Assembly (NCBI GenBank): GCA_951406725.2
Contig: OX597816.1
Location: forward strand, 152,210,001-152,274,000
Source: Octopus vulgaris
Lineage: Eukaryota
Direction of reading: 5' to 3'
DNA length: 64,000 nt
Shown: one piece after another, positions 58,333-64,000 of the stretch
Layout of the letters: every line of letters starts with the position of its first letter
Numbering within the stretch: position 1 is the first letter of the stretch
Notes under the pieces: model-generated
Seen by the model: only the letters and a program-made list of their open reading frames with translations
The model's database searches: none
Told to the model about the DNA's origin: nothing
Program-made: the position numbers and the translations under genes

Positions 58333-58926
58333 AAATGCCCTGATGTAGTACCAGACAGTGGCTCTCATGGCTTCTGATCTTACCTGATTGGAAGTGTTAT
58401 CATGTACATTGTTTTGTCTTGGTATAAAAGATGGGCTACAGCAAATTAACTGCTCAATACCACAGATTTGCTTGTCAGTTGTTTGACCTTAACCAGTTTA
58501 GCATGTCCCTTAGTGGCTGACGATATGTGCATCACTAATCCCGAGTATATGTGGTGGGGGAGCATCATAGCCATGTGTTGAAAGGAATTCTTAGAGGTTT
58601 GGATAATTCACCTTTGGAAACATGGGTGGTTCGTTCAACATCCTTAAGTGATCCTTATTCAGGGACCTTTTGAGTGGGATGGGCTACTCGACCGGAAGAA
58701 AATTCTAACTGGGCCTCACCTGCAAGGTCATGCGCTTTTTATCTTGATATGAGATCACCAAGTCGTGCACATATGACTGTGATGCAAATGTCTGGTGTAC
58801 CCTTGCCAGATGGGTAGTCATGATGGGTATACTGGGGTAAAATATACGAAGCCCAGTATACCCATCATGACTACCCGTATATTTTACCCCAGTGTCACTT
58901 TGATGGCATGCACTGCTCTCTCACTC
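58333..58926 (+). mobile_element. About 590-bp non-coding repeat element flanked by (AAT)n on both sides
   Basis: Homologous copies at 16489-16897 and 40960-41130 on the opposite strand; ends CTCTCTCACTC(AAT)n. Confidence 0.75.
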
Positions 58927-58989
<63 letters not shown>

Positions 58990-59181
58990 AAGAAGAAGAA
59001 GAAGAAGAAGAAGAAGAAGAAGAAGAAGAAGAAGAAGAAGAAGAAGAAGAAGAAGAAGAAGAAGAAGAAGAAGAAGAAGAAGAAGAAGAAGAAGAAGAAG
59101 AAGAAGAAGAAGAAGAAGAAGAAGAAGAAGAAGAAGAAGAAGAAGAAGAAGAAGAAGAAGAAGAAGAAGAAGAAGAAGAAG
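58927..59181 (+). repeat. Compound microsatellite (AAT)11(AAG)74
   Basis: Direct reading; pure repeats. Confidence 0.97.
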
Positions 59182-59182
59182 A

Positions 59183-61643
59183 AAGGCACTCACGAAGGCC
59201 CATAATTGGAAATCCCCCGGTAAAGATAGGGTGCCGAATTTCTGGCTCGCATCACTCCCGTGCGCACACGGTAAGCTAGTTCAGCTGCTCAATGGAATTT
59301 TGAGAGACCCAAAGAAAACACCTGAATGGTTAGCAAGTGGCATTACTTACCTACTCCCAAAGAATAACGAAACCAACCTTCCAAAAAACTATCGGCCTAT
59401 AACCTGTCTATCCACCACGTATAAAATCCTAACATCTATCCTGGCGGAGAAAACATATGCATTCATGGAGAAGAACGATATTTTCCCCATTGAACAAAAA
59501 GGGTGCCGCCGAGGCTCTTACGGATGCAAAGATCAACTGCTAATCAATCGTATGATCCTTGAGAACTGTCACAACAAGCGCAGAAATCTCAGCACCGCAT
59601 GGATTGACTATAAAAAGGCCTTCGACAGTATACCGCATCCATGGATCTTGAGATCGCTGGACATCTTTAAAATTTCCCCTGTGATTTCAAACTTCCTGAA
59701 GCACAATATGTCGTGGAATACGAATCTCCAATTATACCACTCTAATGGAGTACTTGCCTCAGAAAATATAAACATCAACTGTGGAATTTTTCAAGGTGAC
59801 TCACTTTCACCTTTAATATTCTGCATAGCCCCAATACCCCTTACAAGTGAATTAAACAGAACAGGGTATGGGTATAAAATTGCCAATAAAAAAATAAGCC
59901 ATCTATTTTATATGGATGACTTAAAACTTTATGGTAAAGACAATAATGAACTTGAAGGCCTATTGCGCACCGTGAAAGCATTCAGCGATGACATCGGAGT
60001 GGAGTTTGGACTTGAGAAGTGTGCCAAGGCCACTTTCCAGAAAGGGAAAGTGAAGACCACAAATTCAGTCGTGTTAGATGTTGACACAGTCATAAGAGAG
60101 CTTGAGCAAGAACAGACATACAAATATTTAGGGATAAATGAAGGCTCTGGTATTCAGCATGCAAGCATGAAAGAGAAAATCAGGAAGGAATGTTATAGGA
60201 GAGTTCGTGCAGTCCTGAAATCTGAACTAAATGCACGTAACAAGGTGTTAGCTATAAATTCCTTAGCAGTTCCAGTTGTTACTTATAGCTACAATGTGTT
60301 GAACTGGAATATGAGTGAAGTAAAGAATATAGATAGAAAAATACGCAAGCTGCTGAGTTGTAATAGAATGCACCACCCAAAGGCAGACATAGATTGCCTT
60401 TACCTTCCCAGAGCCCAAGGAGGTCGAGGCCTGATCCAATTTGAACTAGCTTACAAAACAACCACAATTGGACTGGCCAAATATCTCGAAATATCGAATG
60501 ACTGGATGCTAAAGCTCGTGGAAAATCACGAGAGACGAAAGAAGCTTCATTCTATCATCAAGGAAAGCAAAAAATTTGCTATTGATCTCGTGCAAGATAC
60601 CCAAACTGAACAACCCGAGGGAAGTACGGCAACTATTGTTGCAAAGAAGGTGAAAATGATGGCAATGAAAAAAGCGCACGAGCAATTGGCTGATAGGTGG
60701 GAGGAGAAACCTCTGCACGGCAAATATGTGACCCGCAGCAAACAAGCTGATGTTGACCAGAAGCAAACCCATCAGTGGCTGCGGAGCTCAGGGCTAAAAG
60801 CAGAGAGCGAAGGTTTCATCCTGGCTGCTCAAGACCAAAGCCTATTAACCCGGAACTACCAGGCCAATGTGATGAAAAATGGAGCAGACCCAAAATGCCG
60901 ATTCTGCAACGACATGATTGAAACAGTGGACCACCTAATCTCTGGATGTAAAGTCTTAGCACCAGTGGAGTATAAATTAAGACATGACAGAGTTGGCCAA
61001 TATCTACACTGGCTAATAAGTCGGCATTACAATATCAAAACTGCCGACAAGTGGTATAATCACCACCCTGAGGCTGTAACTGAAGGAGAAAATGTAACCA
61101 TTTTGTGGGACTTTCCAGTACATACAGACCGAACCATCAAGGCCAATAAACCAGATATTGTTGTGAAAGACCAAAACAATAAAGTTTGCTTATTGATCGA
61201 CATGAGCATCCCCTGTGATCATAATATCTCAGCGAAAGAGTTTGACAAGCTCAGAAAATATAAAGACCTACTCATTGAAATTGAGAAAATGTGGCATCTC
61301 AAGGCGGTTACAATACCAGTGATCGTAGGAGCACTAGGAATGATCAAGAAGGGAACCGAAAATTATATGAGAATGATGCCTGGCTTACCATCCCTGCAAG
61401 AAGTGCAAAAGATTGTCTTAACTGGTACATCACACGTATTGAGAAGAGCATTGTCGATGTGAGAACTGTTGCTGCTCATGTATTTTAATTTAACTTTAAA
61501 AAAAAAAAAAAAAAAAAAAAATGAACGAACTACTGAGTTTGGTTTAATGGCCTACCAATATACACTATGAGTTTCTTTGCCCTAGGAGTCGGGAAGACAC
61601 TCGGCAAGAAATGGAAGAAAATTTGAAAGAAGAAAAAAAAAAG
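59183..61643 (+). mobile_element. Dong/R4-clade RLE LINE, 5'-truncated with the remaining ORF intact and an (AAT)n tail
   Basis: NWKSPGKD, YRPITCL, DYKKAFDS, QGDSLSP, YMDD; CRFC..ETVDHLISGC; RHD; PDIVV..IDMSIP..KYKDL restriction-like endonuclease; tail at 61645-61662. Confidence 0.9.
59231..61462 (+). CDS. RT - CCHC - RLE polyprotein (N-terminally truncated) of the Dong/R4-like LINE
   Basis: 743-codon stop-free frame that stays open upstream to the truncation point; no ATG start. Confidence 0.85.
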   Translation: MPNFWLASLPCAHGKLVQLLNGILRDPKKTPEWLASGITYLLPKNNETNLPKNYRPITCLSTTYKILTSILAEKTYAFMEKNDIFPIEQKGCRRGSYGCKDQLLINRMILENCHNKRRNLSTAWIDYKKAFDSIPHPWILRSLDIFKISPVISNFLKHNMSWNTNLQLYHSNGVLASENININCGIFQGDSLSPLIFCIAPIPLTSELNRTGYGYKIANKKISHLFYMDDLKLYGKDNNELEGLLRTVKAFSDDIGVEFGLEKCAKATFQKGKVKTTNSVVLDVDTVIRELEQEQTYKYLGINEGSGIQHASMKEKIRKECYRRVRAVLKSELNARNKVLAINSLAVPVVTYSYNVLNWNMSEVKNIDRKIRKLLSCNRMHHPKADIDCLYLPRAQGGRGLIQFELAYKTTTIGLAKYLEISNDWMLKLVENHERRKKLHSIIKESKKFAIDLVQDTQTEQPEGSTATIVAKKVKMMAMKKAHEQLADRWEEKPLHGKYVTRSKQADVDQKQTHQWLRSSGLKAESEGFILAAQDQSLLTRNYQANVMKNGADPKCRFCNDMIETVDHLISGCKVLAPVEYKLRHDRVGQYLHWLISRHYNIKTADKWYNHHPEAVTEGENVTILWDFPVHTDRTIKANKPDIVVKDQNNKVCLLIDMSIPCDHNISAKEFDKLRKYKDLLIEIEKMWHLKAVTIPVIVGALGMIKKGTENYMRMMPGLPSLQEVQKIVLTGTSHVLRRALSM

Positions 61644-62232
61644 TAATAATAATAATAATAATCCAGTGGTTCTTATTATCAGTCAATTCTCTTTATTTCT
61701 TGAATAAGCCAATGACAGATACAAGATATTACAGAGGAAATTATGACACTATTCTGAATATTCTTGTCTAAGGCTTAAAATTTATGTGCATGAAATTTAC
61801 TGAAAGTTTATAAATTTATAAACCTACCAACCAAACTAATGACATGGATTACTTTGCAATTATTCTTAGTAAACTACATATATTCACTCTTATATTTTGT
61901 GGTAATTCACGATGCTAAGGATGGGGACCTACTTCAATAATGATGATCCTTGTGCATTTTATCAAGTCTTACCTGAATGAGAAAATATCTTTCCCTCATA
62001 AAAGTGAATATGGACCATAAAACTTGACAGAAGACAAGGGATTGAACTTGTGTTTTGTTCCTTTTCCAGAACAAATACTAGGATTTGATGCTTGCAAGAG
62101 TAAAAATAACTCATTCCTTCTTTTAAATCTATATTTATCTCAATAGTTTTATTGATATAGTATAGTTTCATATTATTGTACATGTGTCCCCTCCCCGACT
62201 TTTTTTCTTTGGAATTGTAAATACCAAATACC

Positions 62233-62466
62233 TATTTCTTTACTACCCACAAGGGGCTAAACATGGGGGAGAAAAACAAGGACAGAAAAACGGATTAAGT
62301 CAATTACATTGACTCCAGTGCATAACTGGTACTTAATTCATCGACCCCGAAAGGATGAAAGGCAAAGTCAACCTTGGCAGAATTTGAACTCAGAATGTAA
62401 CGGCAGACGAAATACGGCTACGCATTTCGCCCGGCGTGCTAACATTTCTGCCAGCTCGCCGCCTTC
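62233..62466 (-). mobile_element. Young tRNA-derived SINE with a Meta-like core and Tx1-like tail
   Basis: Head GGCGGCGAGCTGGCAGAA, B box GAGTTCAAAT, core GCCTTTCATCCTTTCGGGGTCGAT..AGTACCAG; CpGs retained. Confidence 0.8.
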
Positions 62467-63097
62467 GAAATTCCATCAAGGTAAATTAACAGTTATAAAC
62501 ATAGGCCAAACCTGGCTGTGTGGGTAAGAAGTTTGTTTCACAACCACATGGTTTTTGTTTCAATCTCTCTTCACAGCACCTTGGGCAAGTATCTTCTACC
62601 TTGTAGTAAATTTGAATGATGGAAACAATATGGAAGCCCGTCATATATACGTGTATGTGTATATGTGCATGTATGCATATGTGTGTATGTGTGCATGTTT
62701 GTGTTGTCTCCCCACCACTTGATAACAGGTGTTGGTTTGTTTACATCCTTGCAACTTGGTTTGGCAAAAGAGACTGATAGAATAATACTAGACTTAAAAT
62801 AAATATTAAGGGTTGATTTGCTCAACTAAAAACACTTCAAGATGATGCCCCAGTATGACCACGGTCCAATGACTAAGGTAAAGGAATAAAAGAATAAGGT
62901 TAATAAGAATAAGTGGGTCAATAAATCAAGGACTTTTTAATGTCAAGAGCATTGGACATGGATGGAAGACAATTCTAATAACTATTTTCCTTCTCATAAA
63001 ATATTCATTAATTATACAATTAGTTTCTCTTCTGCAAGATATTAATTTATATTAATAGTTGTAATACAACGAAACACATATTATCATTATTATTTAT

Positions 63098-63260
63098 TCA
63101 CTTCATTTTGTTTATACGAAGCAATGTTATGTATGCAATAACCAAAGAGACTATAATCATAAAGAAGAAACCAAGAAGATTATTCCAGAGATCCCATGGT
63201 TCACTGTACTCAATACTCTGCTCTTCAAGGTAGTCATTGCCTCTTATGACACTTACATTA
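63098..63260 (-). CDS. ABCG2: ABCG2-like half-transporter, terminal exon (NVSVIRGNDYLEEQSIEYSEPWDLWNNLLGFFFMIIVSLVIAYITLLRINKMK*)
   Basis: tttcag acceptor; matches the ABCG2 C-terminal pattern G..YL..Q.I...PW.LW.N...IAY..L; phase fits the upstream exon. Confidence 0.85.
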
Positions 63261-63816
63261 CTGAAATAGTCCAAAAAGATAAATAAGGTTACATCACATG
63301 ATGGCAGCAATCATTAATGATTTAGAGACAAGTAAGGATGTTGATGAGTGGAGGTTGTGATAATGTTACATTAATCAGTATTGGCAAGTCGACAGAGATG
63401 TTAAACAGATGGTGGTGGTAGAGAATAGCAGTAGTAGATGATGTAGTTAGTGACAGTAATAACTTCAAGAAATAGCAGCTAAATCACCCTCAACTGTATT
63501 TAAAAAATAGAGAAAGACATAAATGTAGTCCTAAGCACACTGTTCAATAAATAAGGGATGGCTATGGCTAAAATTCTGTTGATTGACATGTCTTTTCAAC
63601 TAGGAATGACTTGAGAGTAAACAGCAACACTAATAAAAATGGGATTTGTGATAATGAAAGTAACAAAAGGAAATACACTAAAACAATCATGAAATTGATG
63701 AGAAAAAGTAAAACATCAACAAGCATCCAACAAGGATAGCATTCACCTAAAAGTCAAGCAAGAATACATTTTTATATTTAAAAAGAGAAAGAAAACCAAT
63801 GCATGAATTAACTTAC

Positions 63817-63881
63817 CAATTTTTGACTCCTTGGATAATGGGACAGAAGGTCATGCCCTTTAGTTCATTGATTGATAGTAG
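63817..63881 (-). CDS. ABCG2: ABCG2-like penultimate exon (LLSINELKGMTFCPIIQGVKNC)
   Basis: catttcag acceptor, gtaagt donor, 65 nt; NE..G..FCP extracellular-loop motif of ABCG2. Confidence 0.85.
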
Positions 63882-64000
63882 CTGAAATGATAAATGACGA
63901 GTTGTCGAAATATGTAGCAGAAAGGATTATGGTCAAACAAGAGATAATTTGAATGATGGATAACTGGGCTGTTGCCATTTGTAGAATTGAGGCATTGTTT

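Noticed and set aside
58795-59205. Poly-K, poly-F, poly-L and poly-S ORFs
   Set aside because: They are translations of the (AAT)n(AAG)n microsatellite.

Overview
AT-rich eukaryotic genomic DNA. The SINE and LINE repertoire suggests a coleoid cephalopod such as Octopus (inference). The + strand carries 12 GT-AG coding exons (10923-30897) that splice into one frame encoding phosphatidylserine synthase 1 (PTDSS1); the first coding exon was not found and is probably upstream. The - strand carries the last two exons of a convergent ABCG2-like transporter (63098-63881). Introns hold tRNA-derived SINEs, MITEs and decayed RTE, Penelope, Tc1/mariner and hAT fragments. The most unusual region is 46-61.7 kb, a nested pile of retroelements at one (AAT)n microsatellite. 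It contains three Dong/R4-like RLE LINE copies, a near-intact full-length Tx1-like LINE in the opposite orientation, a non-coding AAT-flanked element and an (AAG)74 tract. Inside the Tx1 3' UTR is a 1.4-kb palindrome bounded by two Helitron 3' ends around a mariner fragment. A nearby SINE appears to share the Tx1 3' tail. All calls are from manual reading; repeat boundaries and identities are approximate.
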